Shown piece after piece: positions 8,285 through 16,709 of a DNA stretch of 32,000 bases. The notes under the pieces were generated by a model that saw nothing but the letters and a program-made list of their open reading frames with translations, was not told the DNA's origin and ran no database searches. Every line of letters starts with the position of its first letter. The stretch's first letter is position 1. Position numbers and translations under genes: made by a program. Source of the DNA: an uncultured Actinomycetota bacterium (GTDB taxonomy: Bacteria; Actinomycetota; Actinomycetes; Actinomycetales; Kineosporiaceae); the NCBI GenBank assembly GCA_963786765.1, contig CAWBAJ010000022.1, forward strand, positions 42,297 to 74,296, in the 5' to 3' direction.

Positions 8285-8998
8285 GTGACCACCTCCACGA
8301 TCCTCCCCGCTGCGGTGATCGGATTCTCGCTGCGCGTCCCCGAGAGCTGGTACGAGTTCGACATCTGGCGGGCCACCCGCACCCGACACCTACCCCGCCT
8401 CGTCGAGGAGCGGGTGGCGCGGGTGCCGGAGCTGGCCCCTCGGGCGCAGGCCCTGGTGCGCCTCCTGCGCAGGGTCGCGGAGGATGCCGAGCGCGCCGGG
8501 GCGGTCTACTGCGCGGCTCTGGCCGAGCCGGTCGGCGTGGCAGGCTTCCTTACGGCGTCCTGCACCGTCCTGCAGACGCCGGGACCGGACGACCCGGCGC
8601 AGCGGAGCGTCGGGGCCATCGCCGCCGGCATCCCCGCGACCGGCGCGGCGCTCGGCGAACCGGGCGCACGCGAGGTGGTCCTCCTCGAGCACCCGGCAGG
8701 CCGCGGCGTCCGGGTCCGTGAGATCGCCCTCCTGGACGGCTGCGCCGACGGCGACGGCGGGACTCCGACCGGGCCGACGGAGCACGTCGTCATGCACACG
8801 CTGCTGCCCTCGCCCGGGTGGTCCGATGCACGCCGCGGCAGCTACGTCGTCGACCTCGTGCTCGCCAGCCCCCAGGTGCAGCTCGCCGCCCCGATGCTCG
8901 ACCTCTTCGACGTGATCAGCGACACCTTCCGCTGGATCCCCGCGCCTGAAGTGGACGAGCAGGAGACGGCTGCAGCGGGCGAAGGACGGGCGTCATGA
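8285..8998 (+). CDS. Hypothetical 237-aa protein coupled to the Rhs toxin gene; candidate chaperone/adaptor
   Basis: GTG 8285 with GAGAGG 6 nt upstream. Stop TGA 8996-8998 overlaps the Rhs ATG 8995 (ATGA). The N-terminus has an h-x-h-x-VP-x-x-W strand motif (GFSLRVPESWYEFDIW), which I associate with PsbP/Mog1/DUF1795-type folds. There is no signal peptide or TM helix. Confidence 0.6.
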   Translation: MTTSTILPAAVIGFSLRVPESWYEFDIWRATRTRHLPRLVEERVARVPELAPRAQALVRLLRRVAEDAERAGAVYCAALAEPVGVAGFLTASCTVLQTPGPDDPAQRSVGAIAAGIPATGAALGEPGAREVVLLEHPAGRGVRVREIALLDGCADGDGGTPTGPTEHVVMHTLLPSPGWSDARRGSYVVDLVLASPQVQLAAPMLDLFDVISDTFRWIPAPEVDEQETAAAGEGRAS

Positions 8999-11900
8999 AC
9001 GACTGGAGCGTCCTCGGTCTGCCCGGCGACCCGACCCCCGGCGACCCCGCGGGCACGAGCGCACTGGCCGCCCGGCTGCGCCGCGAGGCCGACCGGGCTC
9101 ACAGCAACGACGTCCGGTTGCGGGCGATCGCCGCCGGCAGCAGCGACCTGGCTCTGCTCGGCGACTACGCACCGAAGTACCGCGACGCGCTCGCCGAACT
9201 ACCGGGCGAGGTCGGCAAGCTCCAGAAGGCGTTCTGCGGTGCGGGGGACGCGCTCGCGACGTACGCCGACCAGCTGAGCCAGGCCAAGGCGCGCGCGGCC
9301 ACAGCCCTGCAGGAGGGCGAGGACGCCGACGCGCGCTACCACGGCGCGATGAACGAGCTCCGGGCCGCGCTGCCAGGCCCGCGGTCCGCGCTGCTCTCCA
9401 GCGGGCTGGGCCTCACCCCGCTCGCGCTCGCCGCCGCAACCGCCGGGCTCGACCCGGGCACGACGGCGACCGTGCAGTCCGCGGCGGCGCGCGCCCGCAC
9501 CGCTGCAGCCGATCGGGACGCCGCCCGCAGCCTGGCCGATCAGGCTGCGGCGCTGCGCGGGGACGCCGAGGCGCGCTGCGTCGACGGCGTCAACGCCGCC
9601 CTCGACGGCAGCGGCATCAAGGACAAGACCTGGTGGGAGCGAGCCTGGGACCGCGCGACGGCACCCTTCAGCTCGTGGGACGCGTTCGTCTCCCTGTGCC
9701 GAACTGTCGCGATCATCGCGGGGACGGTCGCGCTGTTCATCTCCGGCCCGATCGGCCTGGCGCTCGTCGCGATCGCCCTGATCGCGAGCGCGGTCGTCGT
9801 GCAGGACACGGTGACGAAGTTCGCCCAGGGCCGGGCGACGCTCCTGGACGTCGGACTGGACACCCTCGGCCTGATCCCGGGCGAGGAGGGGGTCGGCGAC
9901 CTCGCCCGGCTCGGTCCCGGCGCGCTCGGCCTGGCCCGCGACCTGCCGTCCGCCGGCCGCGCCGTCACCGGGCTGCTGAGGAGCGGCCGCGCGGCGCTGC
10001 CCGCGATCCGCGACGTCCTCGGTGACCTGCGCCAGAACGCGATCCCGGCAGCCAAGCGGTTCCTGAAGATCGACCCGATCGACATGGTCACCGGCGAGAT
10101 GGTGATGCAGGAGACCGACGTCCGGCTGCCCGGAACCCTGCCGCTGGTGCTGAGCCGGACCCACGCCTCCTCCTACCGTGCCGGGCGCTGGTTCGGCCGG
10201 TCCTGGACGTCGACCCTCGACCAGCGGCTCGAGGTCGACGGCGGCGGGGTGCTCTTCGCCGGCGAGGACGGCGTGCTGCTCGCGTTCGCACTGCCTGCCG
10301 AGGGCGCCGCCGTCGAGCCGTACGAGGGGCCACGTCTGCAGCTGAGCCGTGAGGGCGAGCACTACCGGCTGCTCGACCCGCAGACCGGACGAACGCTGAC
10401 CTTCGCGGCCGCCGGCGCCGAGCCCGGCGTGCTGCCGCTGCGGTCGATCAAGAACAGGAACGGCGACCGGATCGAGATCTCCTACGACGTCACCGGCATG
10501 CCCGTCGTCGTGCGGCACAGCGGCGGCTACGCCGTCGGTGTCGACACCTCAGCCGGGCTCGTGACGGGGCTGCGGCTGCTCGGGGCCGACCGGGACGGCG
10601 ACGTCGTCCTCGCGCGCTACGACTACGACGGCGCCGGCCGGCTGATCGCCGTCACGGACACCTCCGGCGTGGCGCTGCGGCTGGAGTACGACCCGGCCGG
10701 CCGGATCGTCGGCTGGCACGACCGCATCGGCACGTCGTACCGGTACGGCTACGACGCCCGGGGGCGCGTCGTGTGGACGTCCGGCTCGGCGGGGTGCCTG
10801 GACGGCACGCTGCGCTACGACGAGGAGCAGCGGACGACGACCGTCGTCGACTCCCTCGGCGCCACCTGGAAGTACGCCTACAACGAGGACCTGCAGGTGG
10901 TCCGCGAGGTCGACCCGCTCGGGGGCGTGACCCGGTACGCGTGGGATCGCTACGACCGGCTGCTGATGCACGAGGACGCGCTCGGCGCCGTCACCCGGCA
11001 CACGTACGACGAGGCCGGCGACCTGATCCGGATCACCCGCCCCGACGGCGCCACGTTCGCCGTCAGCTACGACGAGCACCACCTCCCCGCCGTCGTCAGA
11101 CGGCCCGACGGCGGCGTCGAGCGACGCGTGCACAGCAGCGCGGGGAACCTCGTCGCGGTCACCGATCCTGCCGGCGCCGCCACCCGGTTCGGGTACGACG
11201 AGCGCGAGCACCTGGCAAGCGTCACGGACGCCGCCGGCGGCCTCACGGTCGTCAGGTGTGACGCCGCCGGGCTGCCGTTCGCCGTCACCGATCCGGCCGG
11301 CCGGACGTCGCGGTGCTCCCGCGACCGGGCCGGACGCGTCACGGCGGTGACGGACCCCGTCGGCCGCACCACGCTCTTCACGTGGACGGACGCCGGCCAG
11401 CCGGCCTCACGCACGCTGCCGTCCGGCCGGACCGAGCGGTGGGACCACGACGCCGAGGGCAACCTCATCGGTCACACCGACCCGGACGGGCACCGCACGA
11501 CCGTCGAGTACACGTGGTTCGACCTGCCGGCGTCGGTCACCGATCCCGACGGGGCGCGCCGCGTCTTCGGCTACGACACCGAGCTCCGCCTCGTCGCCGT
11601 CACGGACGCCGCCGGCCTCGTCTGGCGCTACGAGCGCGACGCCGCCGGCCGGATCGTCCGTGAGCTCGACCTCGACGGCCGCGAGCTGCGCTACGAGCGG
11701 GACCCGGTGGGCCGGCTGACGGCGCAGGTGAACGGCGCCGGGGAGCAGGTCTCGTACCGGCGCGACGTGCTCGGCCGGGTGGTGATGCGGGACCATGACG
11801 GGCTCACGGACGCGTTCGGCTACGACGCGATGGGCCGGCTGCTCCGGGCGACCACGGCCGATGCGGAACTGGGGTTCGAGTACGACCCGGCGGGCCGGGT

Positions 11901-13461
11901 GCTCACCGAGACGGTCGGGGGCCGGGCCCTGACGTCGAGCTACGACGGGGCGGGACGCCGGGTGCGGCGCAAAACGCCCTCTGGTGTCGTCAGCGCATGG
12001 ACGTTCGACGAGGCCTCGCAGCCGCTCGGCCTCGTCGCAGGACCGGGACGGCTCGAGTTCGGGCACGACGCCGGCGGCCGCGAGTCGTCGATGCGGCTGG
12101 GCGAGGCGCTGGTGACGCGCACATTCGACGCCGACGGGCGGCTGCATGCGCAGCGGGTCTCGGTCGGCGAGCGGCGTCTCGTCGACCGGGCCTACCGGTA
12201 CCGCGGCGACGGGTCCCTCACGGGGATCGACGATCCTCTCGCCGGTTCGGTGGCGTTCGACCTGGATCCCGTCGGGCGCATCACGGCCGCCTCGTCCGGA
12301 GGCTCGCGCGAGCGTTTCGCCTACGACGTCGCCGGGCGGCCGCTGGCCGGCGGCGTGCCGTCGTACGAGGGCACCCGAATTCGGCGGGTGGGCAGGACCA
12401 GCTACGGCTACGACTGCCAGGGCCGGATGATCTGGCGGCGGACCCGGACCCTCGACGGGCAGCGCCGGGAGTGGACGTACGCCTGGGACGCCCTCGACCG
12501 CCTCGTCGCCGTCACGACACCGGGGGGCGGTCGCTGGCGCTACCTCTACGACGCCCTCGGGCGGCGGGTCGGCAAGCGGCGCACGGACGGCGAGGGCCGC
12601 GTGGTCGAGCGCGTCGACTACACCTGGGACGGCGCGGTGCTGGCCGAACAGGTACGCCGGTTCCCGGGTCGCGCCACGGCCACCACGTGGGACTGGCGGC
12701 CCGGCACCTTCCGGCCCGTCTCCCAGACCGACCGGGTCGGACTGACGGTCGACGACGTCGCGGACGCGCCGCAGTCATGGGTCGACGAGCAGTTCCACGC
12801 CATCGTCACCGACCTCGTCGGGACACCCACCCAGCTCGTGGACGCCGAGGGTCGCGTCGCCTGGCAGGCCCGGACGTCGCTCTGGGGCGCGCACATCGGC
12901 GAGGGCGCGGACGGCGTCCTGTCGTGCCCGCTGCGCTTTCCCGGCCAGATCGCGGACGACGAGACGGGCCTGCATTACAACTACTTCCGCTACTACGACC
13001 CGGACAGCGGCCGGTACGTCTCGGCCGACCCCATCGGCCTCCTTGGCGGCATCGACCCACACGCCTACGTCCGCAACCCGACGACATGGACAGACCCGCT
13101 CGGCCTGGCGCCGTGCGACGTGGCCGGAGGTGCCGCGAACGCGGCCGACGGCGTCAGACTTGCCCAGCAGCTCACATCGGAGGAGGCCGGCTCGCTGTTC
13201 ACCGGCACGGGTGGCCTCCGGGAGGACGTGATGGCGTCGTCGCGGCTGATCATTCCCGGTGTCGACCTCGACAACTCGGAAGTCATCGCGGAGCTGACCT
13301 CCGACGGGAGCAGGATCGAGGACTGGGGCAAGTACGCCACACCGTCGTTCCGCTCGCCCTCAGGAAAGTTCCAGGTGCACTTCTACTACAACGACACGAC
13401 CAGCACCGTCAATTACAACATCGACTACAAAGCGAAGTTCCAGGGAGGCGGCAGGCGGTGA
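8995..13461 (+). CDS. Rhs/YD-repeat polymorphic toxin with N-terminal T7SS-substrate-like helical domain, TM helices and 117-aa variable C-terminal toxin domain
   Basis: GAAGGA lies 8 nt upstream of ATG 8995. aa 1-~130 are helical with no Sec/Tat signal (MNDWSVLGLPGDPTPGDPAGTSALAARLRREADR...GDALATYADQLSQAKARA). This matches my memory of the 'putative T7SS-secreted protein' N-terminal domain of actinobacterial toxins. A hydrophobic stretch spans aa 231-269 (nt 9685-9801). A DUF6531-like segment reads DPIDMVTGEMVMQETDVRLPGTLPLVLSRTHASSY..GRSWTS. There are many YD repeats (YDYDGAGRL, YDPAGRIV, YGYDARGRV...). The Rhs core end reads PLRFPGQIADDETGLHYNYFRYYDPDSGRYVSADPIGLLGG..NPTTWTDPLGL. The unique tail occupies aa 1372-1488 (nt 13108-13458). 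Confidence 0.92.
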   Translation: MNDWSVLGLPGDPTPGDPAGTSALAARLRREADRAHSNDVRLRAIAAGSSDLALLGDYAPKYRDALAELPGEVGKLQKAFCGAGDALATYADQLSQAKARAATALQEGEDADARYHGAMNELRAALPGPRSALLSSGLGLTPLALAAATAGLDPGTTATVQSAAARARTAAADRDAARSLADQAAALRGDAEARCVDGVNAALDGSGIKDKTWWERAWDRATAPFSSWDAFVSLCRTVAIIAGTVALFISGPIGLALVAIALIASAVVVQDTVTKFAQGRATLLDVGLDTLGLIPGEEGVGDLARLGPGALGLARDLPSAGRAVTGLLRSGRAALPAIRDVLGDLRQNAIPAAKRFLKIDPIDMVTGEMVMQETDVRLPGTLPLVLSRTHASSYRAGRWFGRSWTSTLDQRLEVDGGGVLFAGEDGVLLAFALPAEGAAVEPYEGPRLQLSREGEHYRLLDPQTGRTLTFAAAGAEPGVLPLRSIKNRNGDRIEISYDVTGMPVVVRHSGGYAVGVDTSAGLVTGLRLLGADRDGDVVLARYDYDGAGRLIAVTDTSGVALRLEYDPAGRIVGWHDRIGTSYRYGYDARGRVVWTSGSAGCLDGTLRYDEEQRTTTVVDSLGATWKYAYNEDLQVVREVDPLGGVTRYAWDRYDRLLMHEDALGAVTRHTYDEAGDLIRITRPDGATFAVSYDEHHLPAVVRRPDGGVERRVHSSAGNLVAVTDPAGAATRFGYDEREHLASVTDAAGGLTVVRCDAAGLPFAVTDPAGRTSRCSRDRAGRVTAVTDPVGRTTLFTWTDAGQPASRTLPSGRTERWDHDAEGNLIGHTDPDGHRTTVEYTWFDLPASVTDPDGARRVFGYDTELRLVAVTDAAGLVWRYERDAAGRIVRELDLDGRELRYERDPVGRLTAQVNGAGEQVSYRRDVLGRVVMRDHDGLTDAFGYDAMGRLLRATTADAELGFEYDPAGRVLTETVGGRALTSSYDGAGRRVRRKTPSGVVSAWTFDEASQPLGLVAGPGRLEFGHDAGGRESSMRLGEALVTRTFDADGRLHAQRVSVGERRLVDRAYRYRGDGSLTGIDDPLAGSVAFDLDPVGRITAASSGGSRERFAYDVAGRPLAGGVPSYEGTRIRRVGRTSYGYDCQGRMIWRRTRTLDGQRREWTYAWDALDRLVAVTTPGGGRWRYLYDALGRRVGKRRTDGEGRVVERVDYTWDGAVLAEQVRRFPGRATATTWDWRPGTFRPVSQTDRVGLTVDDVADAPQSWVDEQFHAIVTDLVGTPTQLVDAEGRVAWQARTSLWGAHIGEGADGVLSCPLRFPGQIADDETGLHYNYFRYYDPDSGRYVSADPIGLLGGIDPHAYVRNPTTWTDPLGLAPCDVAGGAANAADGVRLAQQLTSEEAGSLFTGTGGLREDVMASSRLIIPGVDLDNSEVIAELTSDGSRIEDWGKYATPSFRSPSGKFQVHFYYNDTTSTVNYNIDYKAKFQGGGRR

Positions 13462-13823
13462 GAGTCCGTTGCACCAGACTTGTGAGCCCACTCGACGGCT
13501 CGGAGCAGACGAGGAGCCTGTGGGTCGAGGTCGGGCGTGAGTACCAGGTGCTCAGCGTGCTGGTGGACCCTCGCGGGCGTGTCCGAGTTCAGGTTCTCGA
13601 CGACGACAGGGCACCCAGCTACTGGCCCGCCGAGATGTTCGAGACGACGGACGAGAGGGTCCCCGCCAACTGGGTGGCACGGCTGGACGGTCGCGGTGTC
13701 CTGAAGCTGGCTCCCACGTCCTGGTTGCGCGCAGGATTCTGGGAGGACTATTTCGACGGACGTCCGGACGCGATGGCACAGTTCGAGCGTGAACTGCCCG
13801 CCATACTCCAGAGCGAGACGTGA
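13458..13823 (+). CDS. Candidate cognate immunity protein (121 aa)
   Basis: GTG 13458 overlaps the Rhs stop TGA 13459-13461 (GTGA), with GGAGG at 13445-13449. An alternative GTG lies at 13482. The product is acidic and cytoplasmic, with no TM helix or signal peptide (..SLWVEVGREYQVLSVLVDPRGRVRVQVLDDDRAPSYWPAEMFETTDERVPANWVARL..GFWEDYFDG..). It sits exactly where Rhs immunity genes sit. The 487 upstream codons of the ORF-track entry 11997..13823 are a shadow frame of the Rhs gene. Confidence 0.7.
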   Translation: MRVRCTRLVSPLDGSEQTRSLWVEVGREYQVLSVLVDPRGRVRVQVLDDDRAPSYWPAEMFETTDERVPANWVARLDGRGVLKLAPTSWLRAGFWEDYFDGRPDAMAQFERELPAILQSET

Positions 13824-14022
13824 GCCGATCGCTTCGGCAGGGGGCGACACCGCGGGGACCCTGGCCCACGGCTGGTTCGGGCGGCTACACGCCGAGTCGC
13901 CGTTGCCCAGCCCCTCGGCGAGTCGGCTCAGGGTCGATCGCCAGAGTCAGGCACGGGCCGCGATCCCGGGGATCCCGGCACGGCGCATCATCATCTCGTT
14001 CGCGTTGTGGCCGACCTCATGG

Positions 14023-14242
14023 TCAGCTGCAGGCCAGCTCGGCCCGGCGGTGGCAGTACATGCCATCGAAGGCGTCGTGGACCTGGCGGCCTTGGTCCAG
14101 CAGCAGTGCGCCCCCGATGTTGTTCGCTGTCGATCGCCACGGTGACCCGACCCAGGCCGCGCTCGCGCGGCACCAGGTCCGTCTTGGAGCCCTTCTCTAA
14201 CCGTCCCACGCTCGCACGGCTCAGCTGCCTGTCCAGGAACAT
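14023..14242 (-). pseudogene. Short frameshifted ORF of unknown family (possible HTH remnant)
   Basis: Two adjacent minus-strand frames both show high GC3. The first reads MFLDRQLSRASVGRLEKGSKTDLVPRERGLGRVTVAIDSE. After a 1-nt shift near 14118 the second reads NNIGGALLLDQGRQVHDAFDGMYCHRRAELACS*. LSRASVGRLEKG resembles an XRE-type recognition helix, but no family was recognised. Confidence 0.25.
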
Positions 14243-14400
14243 CGGTGCCCGCGACCGGTTCGCCTATCGGCAACCCGATGTGATCCAGAGATCCTTCGTG
14301 CTGACGTCCTGCACGGACAGCTGATTCGACGCCGCCGAATCATGTCCGACCGTCGGTTGAACCAGAACCTACGGCCGGACTCATGCTCGGAGCGGAGAGT

Positions 14401-15063
14401 CTAGGACCCGGGCTCGATAATCACATAGTACGGAAAGACGTCACACCCTCCCTTTCCGACGAATGAAGGTGCCGTGCGTTCCCTGATGTGCACATGGAGC
14501 ACAGCGTGGCCGTTGCTTCCCCAGGGGATACTGATCGGATGAGCGGGGCTGGCCCCGTAGCGAATCGGATCATTAGTTATCTGGTCGGCATAGTCGAATG
14601 TGTTGAAGTTGCCATAGTTGTTCCACGCCCCTTGGGGATAGTTATGATTACCGTCCTCCATGGATGCTTCTGCGTACATGTAGCGCTGTCGCCCCACATC
14701 GTACTGAAGCCAGAGCCCGGTCAGCTGGAAGCCAGAAGCGGTGCGGACGACGGCCAACTGGGCATGGATAACGGCTCGCGTGTAGGGGTACTCACTGCAT
14801 GCCACTTCGTTCTGTTCCGGGAAGGCTTGAAGATAGACCTCGCGGCCGATATCGGCACGCGGTATTGAGCAACGCTGCGTGTTGAACGGCGGCTGACTGG
14901 TCGCATCGTGGCATGCAAGGCTTGGCGAGGCTGCCAGCGCAGGCGTTGTCGGCAGCACCAGGAGACCGGTCAGCGCGACGAGGGTGGCTGCGACGAGATA
15001 CTTCCCGACCGCTGACGCACGGCCAGAACGGTTGAGGGTCGCGCCTTGAGCAGAGTTCAGCAC
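14401..15063 (-). CDS. Secreted hypothetical protein (220 aa), compositionally foreign
   Basis: GTG 15063 has a strong AAGGAGAGG ~10 nt upstream. A Sec signal peptide (KYLVAATLVALTGLLVLPTTPALA/ASPS) precedes a mature part with 4 Cys that is rich in Tyr/Asn/Gly (..NHNYPQGAWNNYGNFNTFDYADQ..). My hand counts of three 60-nt lines in this gene gave 55%, 60% and 42% GC, against 80% for a line counted in the Rhs gene. No family was recognised. Confidence 0.75.
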   Translation of the reverse strand: MLNSAQGATLNRSGRASAVGKYLVAATLVALTGLLVLPTTPALAASPSLACHDATSQPPFNTQRCSIPRADIGREVYLQAFPEQNEVACSEYPYTRAVIHAQLAVVRTASGFQLTGLWLQYDVGRQRYMYAEASMEDGNHNYPQGAWNNYGNFNTFDYADQITNDPIRYGASPAHPISIPWGSNGHAVLHVHIRERTAPSFVGKGGCDVFPYYVIIEPGS

Positions 15064-15609
15064 CTTGGAACGCCTCTCCTTCTTCTGTGTGTCGTACTCA
15101 AAGTAGACTATGCCGAAACTCGGGCTTTCGCTTGATGACGCTATCCGTCAGCGAGCCGCATCGTAAAGGCGATTCGACAGTTGTCGAATGAGTCGGTCTC
15201 AGGACGTGCGTGCCAGATCAGTCTCGAGATGTGGGTGACGCGTCCGGCTGGACAATCCTGAGGCTCGGATTCCAGCGGCCGTCGGATCTGGTGCGAATCG
15301 CCGCCGGACACGCGCGCAGGTAGGTCCTGACGTGAGACCGGGCAACTCGCTGCCTGGCTGCAAGCAAATCCTGACCGGCCAGGTCACGGTGCCCGGGTGC
15401 CAAGTGCCGCGTGCGCGTATCGGTGCCGCTCGCCTGGGCTTCCAGGATGCTTGGCGAAACGGCCTCGGCTGATAACTGGCACTGTGGCGGTGAGTCGCGC
15501 CGGCCTAGGCCCGCGCGGGCCCCCTGAGGACACCTCCGCTCATGCCGATGACCGGGCGAGCGGGGATCGACCGGTCGGCCGGTCCGCATCCACCGGGTCA
15601 CCATCACGG

Positions 15610-16194
15610 TCAACCCCTGTACCCACGGTCACCGGGCATGGGTTGCACTGTGAGGCCCGCGGCGGTGAGGAACTGACGGATCTGGGCGGCGTGCTCAACG
15701 ACGTGCAGCGGCATGCTGCCGACAATCACCGCGAACAGCATTCCGTGGTATCGATGCGCGCTTGGAAGTGGCCGAGCGGCCATCTCCTCGGTGAGCCCGT
15801 CAAGGGTCTGGCATACCCGGCCGCGGCACCAGTCGACGTACCCGAGAAGCTCGGGCTTAGTGAAACTGCGGTTGGGGAAGCCGTAGGTGTTGTCGTCGAA
15901 CGGTTGTGGCGGTGCCCACGGCTCGAACTCGCCAGCCAGGTCATAGTCGAGCGTGTTCAGCGCGTGGTAGCCGAGGAACCAGGGAGCCGACCCGTGCAAG
16001 CCCCCGTGCGGCGCCGGTGCCGTAGGCGCCTGGTCCGGCCACAAGTCCGTCTGCCACAGGTCGTCGGGGCACTCGGTCAGCGCCGCCTCCATCAGCCGCA
16101 GCGCCTGTTCGAAGTTATGAGCCATGCTCTGCACGAACGCGTTCGACACACTGCCGGTATAGTGCATATCGGCGGCCGTGGCACTGACATGCAC
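15610..16194 (-). CDS. DinB-like (DinB_2 superfamily) metal-dependent protein
   Basis: The translation shows spaced His motifs typical of DinB four-helix bundles (..MAHNFEQALRLMEAAL.., ..GYHALNTLDYD.., ..PLHVVEHAAQIRQFL). The start is ambiguous (ATG 16194, or internal Met at codon 10 or 24). Confidence 0.6.
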   Translation of the reverse strand: MHVSATAADMHYTGSVSNAFVQSMAHNFEQALRLMEAALTECPDDLWQTDLWPDQAPTAPAPHGGLHGSAPWFLGYHALNTLDYDLAGEFEPWAPPQPFDDNTYGFPNRSFTKPELLGYVDWCRGRVCQTLDGLTEEMAARPLPSAHRYHGMLFAVIVGSMPLHVVEHAAQIRQFLTAAGLTVQPMPGDRGYRG

Positions 16195-16282
16195 CCACGC
16201 TCTTGCCGCGATCCGTGGCGGTCCTGCACGGACCGCTCGCCGGGGGACATGCCATAGCAGGTGCTCGTCGAGCGGTGTCGGG

Positions 16283-16560
16283 TCATGGTGTCCGGTCGGG
16301 GTGGCGTCGAGGTTCAGGGTTGCGTACCTTGAACCGGGCGATGGGTTTGAGCGTGGTGCGGGCGACCTCGGTCAGATGTTCGTCGCCGCCATAGACGCGC
16401 GGAAGGTGCGATCCGCGGCTTCGACGGTGACGGTGCGACCGGCATGGACATTCCCGTGGACGAGTCATGGCGACCTCGTCGCTGCGGATTTTGTGAGTAT
16501 TGACCGACGCTCACGCGCAAGACGGACACTCTGCGTGCGTGCTGCCCAGATCGGGCGCGC
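16283..16560 (-). mobile_element. IS481-like (integrase-core) transposase C-terminal remnant, frameshifted and with a stop
   Basis: The minus-strand frames, spliced by eye, read ..ARRVSVLRVSVGQ.. / ..LVHGNVHAGRTVTVEAADRTF / RVYGGDEHLTEVARTTLKPIARFKVRNPEPRR*. This is the characteristic tail of actinobacterial IS481-type transposases (RRVS..G..V..Q..VG..HAG..V.V......V.....L..V.RT....I.RFK). No DDE catalytic region or inverted repeat was found. Confidence 0.55.
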
Positions 16561-16709
16561 CGTGCCCGAGCCTGCGGACCCCGCTCCGGTCCGTGAACGC
16601 TGCCAGCACAGCGACTAGCGACGCGATCGCGAGAGCCTGCACGGCGCAGTCCCCGCCGCCGCTCGTGTTCACAACCCTGCCAACGTTCGTGGCCAAGCCC
16701 TCGAGCCTG

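Noticed and set aside
11997-13457. Upstream 487 codons of the 608-aa ORF 11997..13823
   Set aside because: This part is an Arg-rich off-frame read of the Rhs gene. Only the last 121 codons, from the GTG at 13458 with its own SD, look like a real protein.
15064-15609. Possible gene or remnant in the 546-nt gap between the secreted protein and the DinB-like gene (ORFs 15199..15387 -, 15218..15613 -)
   Set aside because: I translated all three minus frames by eye. None showed a recognisable motif or convincing GC3 bias, so the region is left unannotated.
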